From positions 15,093-79,092 of the forward strand of contig DATCMU010000009.1 in the NCBI GenBank assembly GCA_036563245.1: DNA of 64,000 bases, written 5' to 3'. This stretch comes from Devosiaceae bacterium (GTDB lineage Bacteria > Pseudomonadota > Alphaproteobacteria > Rhizobiales > Devosiaceae). Shown here one piece after another: positions 38,858 to 50,282 of this stretch (its first letter is position 1; every line of letters begins with the position of its first letter). The notes under the pieces are model-generated. The model was not told where the DNA came from. It did no database searches and saw only the letters and a program-made list of their open reading frames with translations. Made by a program: the position numbers and the translations under genes.

Positions 38858-38976
38858 TCAAAGCCCATGACTCGGGCAACCTTACTGACATAATTCATGC
38901 CGCGCCTGTGGTCGTCGGCAGGTAAAAATCCAGAAAACCGTGTCAGATCAATGAACTAAAGAAATGCCAGCGAGTC

Positions 38977-38992
38977 TGGCATGTTGCTTGCT
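38977..38992 (+). promoter_or_regulatory. sigma54 (-24/-12) promoter of the urt-ure cluster
   Basis: TGGCATG-TTGC-TTGCT matches TGGCACG-N4-TTGCW with one mismatch. It lies about 45 nt upstream of the urtA ATG, with GGAGG at 39024-39028. Confidence 0.6.
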
Positions 38993-39033
38993 CCTCTTTT
39001 GCGCGGTGCAAACACCTACTGTCGGAGGTTTGA

Positions 39034-40335
39034 ATGACAGGTCTACTGCGCAAAATCGCCGCCCTCGGGCTGGCAACCGGTCTCATGGCCGGAGCCCTTC
39101 CCATGGTCGCGCCGCAAGCTGCGGACGACACCATCAAGGTGGGTATCCTTCACTCCCTGTCGGGAACCATGGCGATATCCGAGACTACGCTCAAGGACGT
39201 CATGCTCATGCTCATCGACGAGCAGAACAAGAAAGGCGGCCTGCTGGGCAAGAAGCTCGAACCGGTGGTCGTCGATCCGGCCTCCGACTGGCCGCTCTTC
39301 GCCGAGAAAGCCCGCGAACTTATCTCGGTCGATGGTGTTGCGGCAGTGTTCGGTTGCTGGACCTCTGTGTCCCGCAAATCGGTCCTGCCCGTGTTCAAGG
39401 AACTCAATTCGATGCTCTTCTACCCCGTCCAGTACGAGGGCGAAGAAAGCGAGCGCAATGTGTTCTATACCGGCGCCGCGCCGAACCAGCAGGCCATCCC
39501 CGCCGTCGACTACCTGATGAACCAGGAAGGCGTGCAGCGCTGGGTGCTCGAAGGCACCGACTACGTCTATCCGCGCACGACCAACAAGATCCTCGAGGCC
39601 TATCTGAAGTCCAAGGGCGTTGCCCCCGAAGACATCATGGTGAACTACACGCCCTTCGGGTTCTCCGACTGGCAGACTGAGGTTTCGGCGATCAAGGCGT
39701 TCGGTTCGGCCGGCAAGAAGACCGCCGTCGTATCCACCGTCAACGGCGACGCCAACGTGCCCTTCTACAAGGAACTGGGCAACCAGGGCATCAAGGCCGA
39801 GGACATCCCCGTGGTGGCCTTCTCGGTTGGCGAAGAGGAGCTTTCGGGCATGGATACGGCCCCGCTTGTCGGCCACCTTGCCGCCTGGAACTATTTCGAA
39901 AGCGTCGACACCCCCGAGAACGCGGCCTTCATCGACGAGTGGCACAAGTTCATCGGCAATGACAAGCGCACCACCAACGACCCGATGGAAGCAGCCTATA
40001 TCGGCTTCAACATGTGGGTGAAGGCAGTGGAGAAGGCCGGAACCACCGACACCGATGCAGTGCTCGACTCCATTATCGGTGTGACGGTGCCCAACCTGAC
40101 CGGCGGCTATGCCACGATGATGCCGAACCATCACATCACCAAGCCGGTGCTGATTGGTGAAATCCAGGACGATGGCCAGTTCGACGTTGTCTCCGAAACG
40201 CCCGGAACCGTGCCCGGCGACGCCTGGTCCGACTACCTGCCCGGCTCAAAGGACCTGATCTCTGATTGGCGCAAGCCTCTGTCCTGCGGCAACTTCAACG
40301 TCGCCACAGGCAAGTGCGGCGGCGCCGGCGAATAA
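39034..40335 (+). CDS. urtA: urea ABC transporter substrate-binding protein
   Basis: 433 aa with a signal peptide followed by DTIKVGILHSLSGTMAISETTLKD..., a Leu/Ile/Val-binding-type fold typical of UrtA. It is the first gene of urtABCDE. Confidence 0.92.
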   Translation: MTGLLRKIAALGLATGLMAGALPMVAPQAADDTIKVGILHSLSGTMAISETTLKDVMLMLIDEQNKKGGLLGKKLEPVVVDPASDWPLFAEKARELISVDGVAAVFGCWTSVSRKSVLPVFKELNSMLFYPVQYEGEESERNVFYTGAAPNQQAIPAVDYLMNQEGVQRWVLEGTDYVYPRTTNKILEAYLKSKGVAPEDIMVNYTPFGFSDWQTEVSAIKAFGSAGKKTAVVSTVNGDANVPFYKELGNQGIKAEDIPVVAFSVGEEELSGMDTAPLVGHLAAWNYFESVDTPENAAFIDEWHKFIGNDKRTTNDPMEAAYIGFNMWVKAVEKAGTTDTDAVLDSIIGVTVPNLTGGYATMMPNHHITKPVLIGEIQDDGQFDVVSETPGTVPGDAWSDYLPGSKDLISDWRKPLSCGNFNVATGKCGGAGE

Positions 40336-40352
40336 GCTGGGCTGACAGCCTC

Positions 40353-40386
40353 GGCGAGGGCGGAAACCGCCCTCGCCCCATTTTTT
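40353..40386 (+). terminator. intercistronic Rho-independent terminator/attenuator after urtA
   Basis: An 11-bp perfect stem (GGCGAGGGCGG, loop AAA, CCGCCCTCGCC) is followed by CCATTTTTT. It lies 18 nt after the urtA stop and before urtB. Confidence 0.75.
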
Positions 40387-40409
40387 CCCTCGCACGCCCG
40401 GACAGCGAC

Positions 40410-42038
40410 ATGACCCCGACCGGCTTCCTTCGCTCCCTTTTGATGGCATTGGCGCTGCTGTTTGCGGCGACTGCCCAGCCAATGGCGCAGCAATTTGCAA
40501 ATGACCTTGCGTCCCTGGTCCGCAGCCTGCCCGACGGCAGTTTCGCCGACCGCGAAAAGGTCATCCAGGCCATCGCGGCGACGGGCGACGCGACTGCCGC
40601 ACCCATCCTCAAGGCGCTGGGCGACGGCGATCTCTACCAGGTCAAGTCCGATGGCAGCGTTGTGATGGCCATGCGCTCCGGCTCGAACTACACGATTAGC
40701 GATCCCTTGACCGGCGGGAGCCTCGGCGAAGTCGACCGGAACCTGGTAGACAAGATCAAGGTCAACAATTCACTCCGCCGCGCCATCCGATCGGCCATGG
40801 GTCAGCTCACCCTGATGAGTCCCGATCCATCCCAACGCGCCAGGGCCGCCTCGGACCTTTTCAAGTCTGCCGATCCTGACTCAATCGAGCTCATCGACAC
40901 CGCCCTGAAGTCGGAAACCGTGGAGGCCATCCGCACCGTGCTCGAAGAGGCGCGCGCGGTGATCGTTCTCAAGAGCGACCGCAGCCTGGACCAGAAAAAG
41001 GCAGCCGTGGAGACGCTCGTCGCGCGAGGCGGGCGGCAGGCGCAAGGGGTATTGATGAGCGTGCTGGGCGGGGCGTCGGATGAGCTCAAGCCCATCATAA
41101 AGGATGGAATCGACACAATAGGCGGCCAGCTCGCACTCTGGGACGCGGCGCAGAACGTATGGTACGGCATTTCGCTGGGGTCGGTGCTGCTGTTGGCTGC
41201 CATCGGCCTTGCCATCAACTTTGGCGTGATGGGCGTGATCAACATGGCCCATGGCGAAATGGTGATGCTGGGCGCGTACACCACCTATGTCGTCCAGGAG
41301 ACAATCCGCATCCACGCGCCCGGCCTGTTCGAATGGTCGCTGGCCATCGCATTGCCGCTCGCCTTCCTTTTCACCGCCATGGTTGGTGTCGCCATTGAAC
41401 GCGGCATCATCCGCTGGCTCTACGGACGCCCGCTGGAGACGCTGCTAGCAACATGGGGGCTTTCGCTGGTCCTGCAGCAGGCGGTACGGACGGTTTTCGG
41501 CCCAACCAACCGCGAAGTCGGCAATCCGGACTGGATGTCCGGCGACTTCACCATGGGCGGCCTGTCGCTGACCTGGAACCGGGTCTGGATCGTTGTCTTC
41601 GCGGCAGTGGTGTTCATGGTGCTGCTGGCCGTCATAAACCGGACCCGCATGGGGTTACAGATGCGGGCGGTTACCCAGAACAGGCGAATGGCCTCGTCCA
41701 TGGGCATTCGCACTCCGTGGGTCGACGCTCTCACCTTCGGGCTCGGCTCCGGGATCGCCGGAATGGCAGGCGTCGCGCTCAGCCAGATCGACAACGTGTC
41801 GCCCAACCTCGGACAGGGCTACATCATCGACAGCTTCATGGTGGTGGTGTTCGGAGGGGTCGGCAACCTCTGGGGCACGCTGGTAGGCGCGCTCACCCTG
41901 GGGGTCGCCAACAAATTGCTCGAGCCTTATGCCGGCGCTGTGTTGGGCAAGATCGTCATCCTGGTGTTCATCATCCTTTTCATTCAAAGGCGTCCGCGCG
42001 GGCTTTTCGCCCTCAAGGGCCGGGCGGTAGAACAATGA
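40410..42038 (+). CDS. urtB: urea ABC transporter permease UrtB with an N-terminal ~245-aa periplasmic extension
   Basis: The C-terminal half is a LivH-type permease ([17 protein letters not shown]...). The N-terminal half has a signal peptide plus helical-repeat-like sequence. I chose the ATG at 40410; the track ORF start at 40266 overlaps urtA. Confidence 0.88.
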   Translation: MTPTGFLRSLLMALALLFAATAQPMAQQFANDLASLVRSLPDGSFADREKVIQAIAATGDATAAPILKALGDGDLYQVKSDGSVVMAMRSGSNYTISDPLTGGSLGEVDRNLVDKIKVNNSLRRAIRSAMGQLTLMSPDPSQRARAASDLFKSADPDSIELIDTALKSETVEAIRTVLEEARAVIVLKSDRSLDQKKAAVETLVARGGRQAQGVLMSVLGGASDELKPIIKDGIDTIGGQLALWDAAQNVWYGISLGSVLLLAAIGLAINFGVMGVINMAHGEMVMLGAYTTYVVQETIRIHAPGLFEWSLAIALPLAFLFTAMVGVAIERGIIRWLYGRPLETLLATWGLSLVLQQAVRTVFGPTNREVGNPDWMSGDFTMGGLSLTWNRVWIVVFAAVVFMVLLAVINRTRMGLQMRAVTQNRRMASSMGIRTPWVDALTFGLGSGIAGMAGVALSQIDNVSPNLGQGYIIDSFMVVVFGGVGNLWGTLVGALTLGVANKLLEPYAGAVLGKIVILVFIILFIQRRPRGLFALKGRAVEQ

Positions 42039-43231
42039 TCACGGCCACGCTGTTCCGCGCCCTCGACCGCAAGGCGGTCTGGGTCGTGCTCATCCTGCTC
42101 GCGATTGCCGCGGCGGTCCCGGCATCCAACCTGTTGCTGCCCGAAAGCCACCCCCTGCATGTTCCAAGCTATGCCGTCACCTTGTTCGGCAAGTACCTCA
42201 CCTATGCCTTGCTCGCGCTGGCACTCGACCTTGTCTGGGGCTATTGCGGCATACTCTCGCTGGGCCACGGCGCCTTCTTCGCGCTCGGCGGCTACGCGAT
42301 GGGCATGTACCTGATGCGCCAGATCGGATCGCGCGGCGTCTACGGCAACCCCATCCTGCCCGACTTCATGGTCTTCCTGAATTGGAAGGAACTGCCCTGG
42401 TACTGGTACGGGTTCGACCAGTTCTGGTTCGCCGCGCTCATCGTGGTGCTTGCGCCCGGACTGCTCGCCTTTGCGTTCGGCTGGTTCGCATTCCGCTCGC
42501 GGGTAACGGGCGTCTACCTCTCGATCATCACCCAGGCGATGACCTATGCGCTCCTGCTCGCCTTCTTTCGCAACGACATGGGGTTCGGCGGCAATAACGG
42601 GTTGACCGACTTCAAGGATATCCTGGGCTTCAGCATCCAGGCGGACAGTACCCGCGCCGCGCTTTTCGCCGCCTCGGCAATCGCGCTGGCCCTGGCGTTC
42701 CTGATATGCTCGGCCATCGTGCGCTCCAAACTCGGAAAGGTGCTGGTAGCGGTACGCGACGCAGAAAGCCGCACGCGGTTTCTCGGCTACAGGGCAGACA
42801 ACTTCAAGCTCTTCGCCTTTGTCGTGTCGGCGGTGATCGCCGGTGTGGCCGGCGCGCTCTACGTGCCCCAGGTCGGCATCATCAACCCCAGCGAGTTCGC
42901 GCCCGCCAATTCCATCGAGATCGTCATATGGACCGCAGTGGGAGGTCGCGCGACGCTGGTCGGACCGATCATCGGCGCCATTCTGGTCAATGCCGGCAAA
43001 TCGGTATTCACCGGCATACTTCCCGATTACTGGCTCTTTGCACTGGGCGGCCTGTTCATTTTCGTCACCCTGTTTCTGCCGCGCGGCATCGTGGGGACTG
43101 TCTCCCACGGCTGGGCGGCGCTCAATGCCCGCGCTCGTTCAGCAAACATCGCCGAGGGAACAGATGAAAGCCAGGGCGAGCGCGGGCAGCCTCCTCAGGG
43201 CGAAACCCCTGCCCCCGGAATTGCGGAATAG
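42035..43231 (+). CDS. urtC: urea ABC transporter permease
   Basis: LivM-type permease ([24 protein letters not shown]). The ATG at 42035 forms an ATGA overlap with the urtB stop. The track ORF 41453.. is over-extended. Confidence 0.9.
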   Translation: MITATLFRALDRKAVWVVLILLAIAAAVPASNLLLPESHPLHVPSYAVTLFGKYLTYALLALALDLVWGYCGILSLGHGAFFALGGYAMGMYLMRQIGSRGVYGNPILPDFMVFLNWKELPWYWYGFDQFWFAALIVVLAPGLLAFAFGWFAFRSRVTGVYLSIITQAMTYALLLAFFRNDMGFGGNNGLTDFKDILGFSIQADSTRAALFAASAIALALAFLICSAIVRSKLGKVLVAVRDAESRTRFLGYRADNFKLFAFVVSAVIAGVAGALYVPQVGIINPSEFAPANSIEIVIWTAVGGRATLVGPIIGAILVNAGKSVFTGILPDYWLFALGGLFIFVTLFLPRGIVGTVSHGWAALNARARSANIAEGTDESQGERGQPPQGETPAPGIAE

Positions 43232-43234
43232 GCC

Positions 43235-43987
43235 ATGAACGACAAGATCAGCACCACCCTTCTCTATCTCGACGGCGTCTCGGTCTCCTTCGATGGATTC
43301 AAGGCACTGAACGGGCTTTCGTTCGTGGTCATGCCCGGCGAGATGCAGGCCATCATCGGCCCGAATGGCGCGGGCAAGACGACGATGATGGACATTATCA
43401 CCGGCAAGACGCGGCCCGATGAGGGTGACGTGCTGTTCGCTGGAAAAACGGACCTCACCCGGCTCGACGAGTCCGAAATCGCCGAACTCGGCATAGGCCG
43501 CAAGTTTCAGAAGCCGACGGTTTTTGAAAACCAGACCGTTTTTGACAATCTGGAGCTTGCCCTGAAGAGCAATCGATCCGTTTTCGCCACGCTCAGCTAT
43601 CGCGGCGACGCCCGGCACATGGCGCGCATCGCGGAGATTCTCGATACGATCCGTCTGAACGGGCGCCGCAATGATCTTGCCGCCGATCTCAGCCACGGCC
43701 AGAAACAATGGCTCGAGATCGGCATGCTGCTGGCCCAGGACCCAAAGCTGCTGCTGGTGGACGAGCCAGTTGCCGGAATGACTGACGCGGAAACGGGTGA
43801 AACCGCCCGGCTGCTGCGTGAGATCGCAGGAACGCGGTCGGTGGTTGTGGTCGAGCACGACATGAGCTTCGTGCGCGATCTTGGCGTGCACGTCACCGTG
43901 CTCGCAGAAGGTGCGGTGCTGGCCCAGGGTTCACTCGATCACGTAAGCGCCGATCCGCGTGTCATCGAGAGCTATCTGGGGAGATAG
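43235..43987 (+). CDS. urtD: urea ABC transporter ATP-binding protein
   Basis: 250 aa. Walker A is GPNGAGKTT, the signature is LSHGQKQWLE, and Walker B is LLLVDEP. Confidence 0.9.
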   Translation: MNDKISTTLLYLDGVSVSFDGFKALNGLSFVVMPGEMQAIIGPNGAGKTTMMDIITGKTRPDEGDVLFAGKTDLTRLDESEIAELGIGRKFQKPTVFENQTVFDNLELALKSNRSVFATLSYRGDARHMARIAEILDTIRLNGRRNDLAADLSHGQKQWLEIGMLLAQDPKLLLVDEPVAGMTDAETGETARLLREIAGTRSVVVVEHDMSFVRDLGVHVTVLAEGAVLAQGSLDHVSADPRVIESYLGR

Positions 43988-43994
43988 AAACAGA

Positions 43995-44696
43995 ATGGCC
44001 GAACTCACCGTATCTTCCGCCGACCTTTACTATGGCGCGGCCCAGGCATTGCGCTCCGTGTCCATTGCAGCCCGGCCAAACCGGATCACGGCGGTACTGG
44101 GACGCAACGGCGTCGGCAAATCCTCCCTGCTGCGCGCCATCACCGGCATCCATCCCCTGACGCGCGGCGAGGTACGCCTGGACGGCGTCACGTTGGACAA
44201 GGCGCCCCCATATGCGCGGGCCCGTGCCGGCATCGGCTATGTTCCCCAGGGCCGGGAGATCTTTCCCCTCATCAGCGTCCGGGAGAACCTGGAAACCGGG
44301 TTCGCTGTGCTCAGGCGCGGCGAGCGCAACGTGCCGGACACGGTGTTTGCCCTGTTTCCCGTACTCAAGGACATGCTCGGACGCCGTGGCGGCGACCTTT
44401 CCGGCGGCCAGCAGCAGCAACTCGCCATCGGCCGCGCGCTGGTCACCCGCCCCAGGGTACTGGTGCTCGACGAACCGACTGAAGGCATCCAGCCCTCAAT
44501 CATCAAGGATATCGGGCGCGCACTGCAATTCCTTCGGGACCAGATGGGGATGACCGTGCTGATCGTCGAACAATATCTCGACTTCTGCCGCGAGCTGGCC
44601 GACGATATCTACGTCATGGACAGGGGTGAGATCATGCACAAGGGGCCCGCAAGCGATCTCGACCTGCCGGACGTCAAGCGCCACCTCATGGTTTGA
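43995..44696 (+). CDS. urtE: urea ABC transporter ATP-binding protein
   Basis: 233 aa from MAELTV. Walker A is GRNGVGKSS, the signature is [15 protein letters not shown], and Walker B is VLVLDEP. Confidence 0.9.
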   Translation: MAELTVSSADLYYGAAQALRSVSIAARPNRITAVLGRNGVGKSSLLRAITGIHPLTRGEVRLDGVTLDKAPPYARARAGIGYVPQGREIFPLISVRENLETGFAVLRRGERNVPDTVFALFPVLKDMLGRRGGDLSGGQQQQLAIGRALVTRPRVLVLDEPTEGIQPSIIKDIGRALQFLRDQMGMTVLIVEQYLDFCRELADDIYVMDRGEIMHKGPASDLDLPDVKRHLMV

Positions 44697-44701
44697 CCGA
44701 A

Positions 44702-45544
44702 ATGCAAGCAGCCCAGGCCGATACTGCCCGCCAGGCACCGCGCATGCAGCGCGCGCAAGGCTTGGGCCGCATTTCCACGGCGACACTTGCCGACGGCTCC
44801 ACCCGGCTGGACCGGCTCTACCAGGACGGCTGCGCGAAAATCCGCCTGCCGCGCACCCATGTTCCGGCCATGCAGGCGGTACTCATCAATACCGCGGGAG
44901 GCCTGACTGGCGGCGACCGGCTCGAATGGCACGCAACAGCCGCGCCCGGCACCCGGTTGGTCCTCACCACCCAGACATGCGAGCGCATCTATCGCTCGAC
45001 CGGTGGAGCTGCCAGCGTCGCAACCGCGCTGAGGGTCGGCTCAGGGGCCCATGTCGACTGGCTGCCGCAGGAAACCATCCTGTTCGACAAGGCAGTTCTG
45101 GAACGTACCCTCGATGTCGACCTGGAAGAAAAAGCCAGTGCAACCTTGCTCGAGGCGGTCATCCTCGGCCGCGAGGCCATGGGCGAGGATGCCCTGTCCG
45201 CTTCCCTTGTCGACAGATGGCGCATCCGCCGCGAGGGCAGGTTGCTGCATGCCGAACAGACCGGGCTGGAGGCAAACGAACCGATTCCGCGGCACTCATC
45301 TTTCCTGCTTTCGGGGGCCCGCGCCTTTGCTACCCTGTTGCATGTTTCCGAAGACGCCGAGCGCCGGGTAGACGAACTGCGGCGGGCAATTCCCGACGGC
45401 AGCCTTGCGGGTGCGAGCGTGATCGGCGAAAAGCTTGTTTTCCGGGCGCTTGCCCCCTCCGGCTTCGCCCTTCGCAAGATCCTCGCGCCGGCGATAGCCG
45501 TGTTGTCGGGCGCCGGCAGCCTTCCCCGTTTGTGGAGTATCTAA
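44702..45544 (+). CDS. ureD: urease accessory protein UreD
   Basis: It is UreD/UreH-like ([15 protein letters not shown]...[10 protein letters not shown]). The track start at 44693 is a TTG overlapping the urtE stop; the first ATG is at 44702. Confidence 0.85.
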   Translation: MQAAQADTARQAPRMQRAQGLGRISTATLADGSTRLDRLYQDGCAKIRLPRTHVPAMQAVLINTAGGLTGGDRLEWHATAAPGTRLVLTTQTCERIYRSTGGAASVATALRVGSGAHVDWLPQETILFDKAVLERTLDVDLEEKASATLLEAVILGREAMGEDALSASLVDRWRIRREGRLLHAEQTGLEANEPIPRHSSFLLSGARAFATLLHVSEDAERRVDELRRAIPDGSLAGASVIGEKLVFRALAPSGFALRKILAPAIAVLSGAGSLPRLWSI

Positions 45545-45549
45545 CCTCA

Positions 45550-45852
45550 ATGCATCTCACCCCAAGGGAAAAAGACAAGCTGCTGATCTCGATGGCCGCG
45601 ATGGTGGCGCGCCGGCGTCTCGAGCGCGGCGTCAGGCTCAACCATCCCGAGGCGGTCGCGCTGATAACCGATTTCGTGGTCGAGGGCGCGCGTGACGGGC
45701 GCTCGGTTGCCGACCTCATGGAAGCAGGCGCCCATGTCATCGCACGCGACCAGGTGATGGAAGGGGTGGCCGAAATGATCCACGACGTTCAGGTGGAGGC
45801 GACTTTCCCCGACGGCACCAAGCTGGTTACTGTGCACCAGCCCATTCGCTGA
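45550..45852 (+). CDS. ureA: urease subunit gamma
   Basis: [39 protein letters not shown]... is 100 aa with the canonical UreA sequence. Confidence 0.97.
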   Translation: MHLTPREKDKLLISMAAMVARRRLERGVRLNHPEAVALITDFVVEGARDGRSVADLMEAGAHVIARDQVMEGVAEMIHDVQVEATFPDGTKLVTVHQPIR

Positions 45853-45942
45853 GCCGCAGGGATTCGGCGCGATGGCGGACTGGAAAGTAAAATCAACGGC
45901 GCGACCCAAACCGGGGCGCCTTGTCGACCAAGCGAGGGACAG

Positions 45943-47004
45943 ATGATTTCACCGCTAGCGCATCGCCTCGATGCGCCCGCCTCTGCCATGAAACGCCGGG
46001 TCCTGGGCTTTTTTGCCTTTCTCGTTGCGGGCAATATCGCCGCATGGGCCTGGGCCTTGATGGCCTTTCACGACAAGCCAGTGCTGCTCGGCACAGCCTT
46101 GCTGGCCTATAGCTTCGGGCTGAGACACGCCTTTGATGCCGATCATATTGCCGCAATCGACAACGTCACTCGCAAGCTCATGGAGCACGGCGAGCGCCCC
46201 GTGTCGGCCGGCTTCTTCTTCTCGCTCGGTCATTCGACCGTAGTCGTGGCGCTGACCCTGGCGATCGCCGCGACGGCGACCTTGCTGACCACGCGTTTCG
46301 ACTGGCTTGCCGAACTCGGCAGCCTCGTGGGGACAAGCGTCTCGGCCGGTTTCCTCCTGCTCATCGCCTTCGCCAATCTCATCGTATTCATCGGCATCTA
46401 CAAGGCCTTCAGGGCGGCACGCGCCGGCCGGCCTATCGACGAAGCCGATGTCGACGGAATTCTGGCCCGGCGCGGACTACTCGGGCGGGTCTTTCACCGC
46501 CTGTTCGGTCTGATTTCAAAAAGCTGGCACATGTACCCGCTCGGCGTACTGTTCGGCCTGGGGTTCGACACCGCCACCGAGATCGGGCTGCTTGGCATTT
46601 CCGCCACCCAGGTGACCCAGGGCGTCGACATCTGGTCGATCCTGGTGTTCCCGGCCCTGTTCACCGCGGGCATGGCCTTGGTCGACACGGTGGATGGCGT
46701 GTTGATGATCGGGGCCTATGGCTGGGCTTTCGTCCGGCCGGTTCGCAAACTCTACTACAACATGACCGTCACACTGGTATCGGTTGTCGTCGCCTTTGTC
46801 ATCGGCGGTATCGAGGTACTGACGCTGATCGGCGACAGACTGTCGCTCGAAGGCCCGTTCTGGTCCGTCGTGGCGGCCGCCGGCGACCATTTCGGACTGG
46901 TCGGTTATGCCATCGTCGGCTTGTTCGTCGGCAGTTGGCTGATTTCCTGGCTGGTCTATCGCTTGCGCGGCTACGACCGGCTCGACGCCACAATCCAGGG
47001 TTGA
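45943..47004 (+). CDS. HoxN/HupN/NixA-family nickel/cobalt transporter (NiCoT)
   Basis: 353-aa polytopic membrane protein. It has the signature [14 protein letters not shown] in an early TM helix and [10 protein letters not shown] and LGFDTATE motifs. An alternative start is MKRRVLG at 45988. Confidence 0.88.
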   Translation: MISPLAHRLDAPASAMKRRVLGFFAFLVAGNIAAWAWALMAFHDKPVLLGTALLAYSFGLRHAFDADHIAAIDNVTRKLMEHGERPVSAGFFFSLGHSTVVVALTLAIAATATLLTTRFDWLAELGSLVGTSVSAGFLLLIAFANLIVFIGIYKAFRAARAGRPIDEADVDGILARRGLLGRVFHRLFGLISKSWHMYPLGVLFGLGFDTATEIGLLGISATQVTQGVDIWSILVFPALFTAGMALVDTVDGVLMIGAYGWAFVRPVRKLYYNMTVTLVSVVVAFVIGGIEVLTLIGDRLSLEGPFWSVVAAAGDHFGLVGYAIVGLFVGSWLISWLVYRLRGYDRLDATIQG

Positions 47005-47015
47005 GGAACAAGATC

Positions 47016-47320
47016 ATGATCCCGGGCGAAGTGATTCCGGCAGTAGGCGAAATCGAGATCAATTCCGGGATCGAGACGACAAAGATCCTCGTCGCCAACA
47101 TGGGTGACCGACCCATCCAGGTCGGCTCGCACTACCATTTCTTCGAGGCCAACAGCGCCCTCGACTTCGACCGCGAAAAGGCGCGCGGCATGCGGCTCGA
47201 TATCGCCGCTGGCACCGCCGTGCGCTTCGAGCCGGGGCAGACCCGCGAGGTGACCCTGGTCCCCTATGGCGGCAAGCGCGCGGTCTACGGCTTCCGGCAA
47301 AAGATCATGGGAGAACTCTG

Positions 47321-47321
<1 letters not shown>
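47016..47321 (+). CDS. ureB: urease subunit beta
   Basis: [18 protein letters not shown]...[11 protein letters not shown]...RFEPG is 101 aa with the canonical UreB sequence. The track ORF start at 46935 overlaps the NiCoT gene. Confidence 0.96.
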
Positions 47322-49030
<1,709 letters not shown>

Positions 49031-49084
49031 GCGCCCCAACTCCCCCCTCCCGCCGACTCGCGGGCCGGTATATGCTCATGCCCC

Positions 49085-49459
49085 ATGAGAGCCACGCTGT
49101 TTGCCCTTGGCCTGATCGCATTACCCGCCCTTGCCGCGGCGGCCGAGACGGATGTGCGCGTGACGCTCGATATCCCGGGCGACGCGCAGATCGAGACGCA
49201 CAGATACAAGTGCGAGGGCCGCGACGCCCCGCTCGTGGCGCGCTACATCAATGCCGAGCCGAACTATCTTGCGCTCCTGGCGCCAGACCCGGACGGGCGC
49301 CAGATGATCTTTTCCAACGTGATTGCGGCGTCGGGCGCGCGCTACGCCGCCGGGCAATATGTGTGGTGGACCAAGGGCGCCGACGCCACCCTGCAGAACA
49401 TCACCGACGGGCCGGACGCCAAGCCCATTGCCTGTCGCGAGATCAACGACACGCCGTGA
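49085..49459 (+). CDS. MliC-like (lysozyme-inhibitor fold) periplasmic protein
   Basis: 124 aa with a signal peptide. It has a Y-x-C...ASGARYAAGQYVWWTKGADATL...C pattern matching my memory of the MliC family. It lies between ureC and ureE. Confidence 0.6.
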   Translation: MRATLFALGLIALPALAAAAETDVRVTLDIPGDAQIETHRYKCEGRDAPLVARYINAEPNYLALLAPDPDGRQMIFSNVIAASGARYAAGQYVWWTKGADATLQNITDGPDAKPIACREINDTP

Positions 49460-49481
49460 AGACGGCGCGGGGCCTTCGATA

Positions 49482-49922
49482 ATGGTTCGTGCCCTTTCCC
49501 ACCATCGTGCCGGCCAGTATCAGGGTAAATCGTTCGATCATGTCGAACTGACCCATGACGCGCGGCACCTTCGCCGCCGTCTGATAACCCTCGCCAGTGG
49601 CCTGCAGGTGCTGGTGGATCTGCCGCGAGCCGTAGCGCTCGAACAGGGCGACGTACTCGTGCTCGAAGATGGGCGACTGGCTGAAATCCGCGCCGCCGAC
49701 GAGGATCTTCTCGAGATCCGCGGCATCGACGCCACGCACCTGGCGCGTCTGTGCTGGCACATCGGCAATCGGCACCTGCCCGCCGAAATTGGCGAAAGCC
49801 GCATCCTGATCGCGGCCGACCATGTCATGGGCGGCATGCTTGAAGGGCTTGGCGCCAGTGTTCGTCCGGTCCGTGGCCCGTTCAGCCCCGAGCGCGGCGC
49901 CTATCACGGGCACAGCCACTAG
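49482..49922 (+). CDS. ureE: urease accessory protein UreE
   Basis: 146 aa. LCWHIGNRHLPAEI is a UreE-type motif and the C-terminus is His-rich (YHGHSH). It sits in the expected operon position. Confidence 0.85.
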   Translation: MVRALSHHRAGQYQGKSFDHVELTHDARHLRRRLITLASGLQVLVDLPRAVALEQGDVLVLEDGRLAEIRAADEDLLEIRGIDATHLARLCWHIGNRHLPAEIGESRILIAADHVMGGMLEGLGASVRPVRGPFSPERGAYHGHSH

Positions 49923-49928
49923 GACGGA

Positions 49929-50282
49929 GTGCCTGACGTGCAATTGACCATGAGCTTCCCTATGCTGGCATTTTCCAGCCCAGATCAGGGAGTTGCCAAA
50001 ATGGGATTCTTCGACCCCGATGCCCGCACATTGTCGGCAAGGCATCGGCGCGTCTATGCGCTCTATGAACTTGCCTATACCGCCGCCGATTTCAGTGCCG
50101 CCATGCTGTTCCTCATCGGCTCGGTGATGTTCTTCTATGACGCGCTTCGCATGCCGGCGACCTGGTGTTTCGTCCTGGGTTCGGCGCTGTTCGCCCTCAA
50201 GCCCACCCTGCGCGTCATCCGCGAACTGCACTTTCTCGCCATTGGCGATTATCGCGACCTTGCGGAACGGGCCGAACCATGA
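49929..50282 (+). CDS. YrhK-like small membrane protein
   Basis: It has two hydrophobic helices with the pattern AADFSAAMLFLIGSVMFF...CFVLGSALFALKP. The track start is GTG, preceded by GGACGGAG; alternative ATGs are at 49950 and 50001. An ATGA overlap joins its stop to ureF. Confidence 0.55.
   Translation: MPDVQLTMSFPMLAFSSPDQGVAKMGFFDPDARTLSARHRRVYALYELAYTAADFSAAMLFLIGSVMFFYDALRMPATWCFVLGSALFALKPTLRVIRELHFLAIGDYRDLAERAEP

Noticed and set aside
45853-45942. A possible cobalamin riboswitch in front of the NiCoT transporter gene.
   Set aside because: The spacer is only 90 nt, and I could not find a B12-box-like sequence. A cobalamin riboswitch normally needs about 200 nt.
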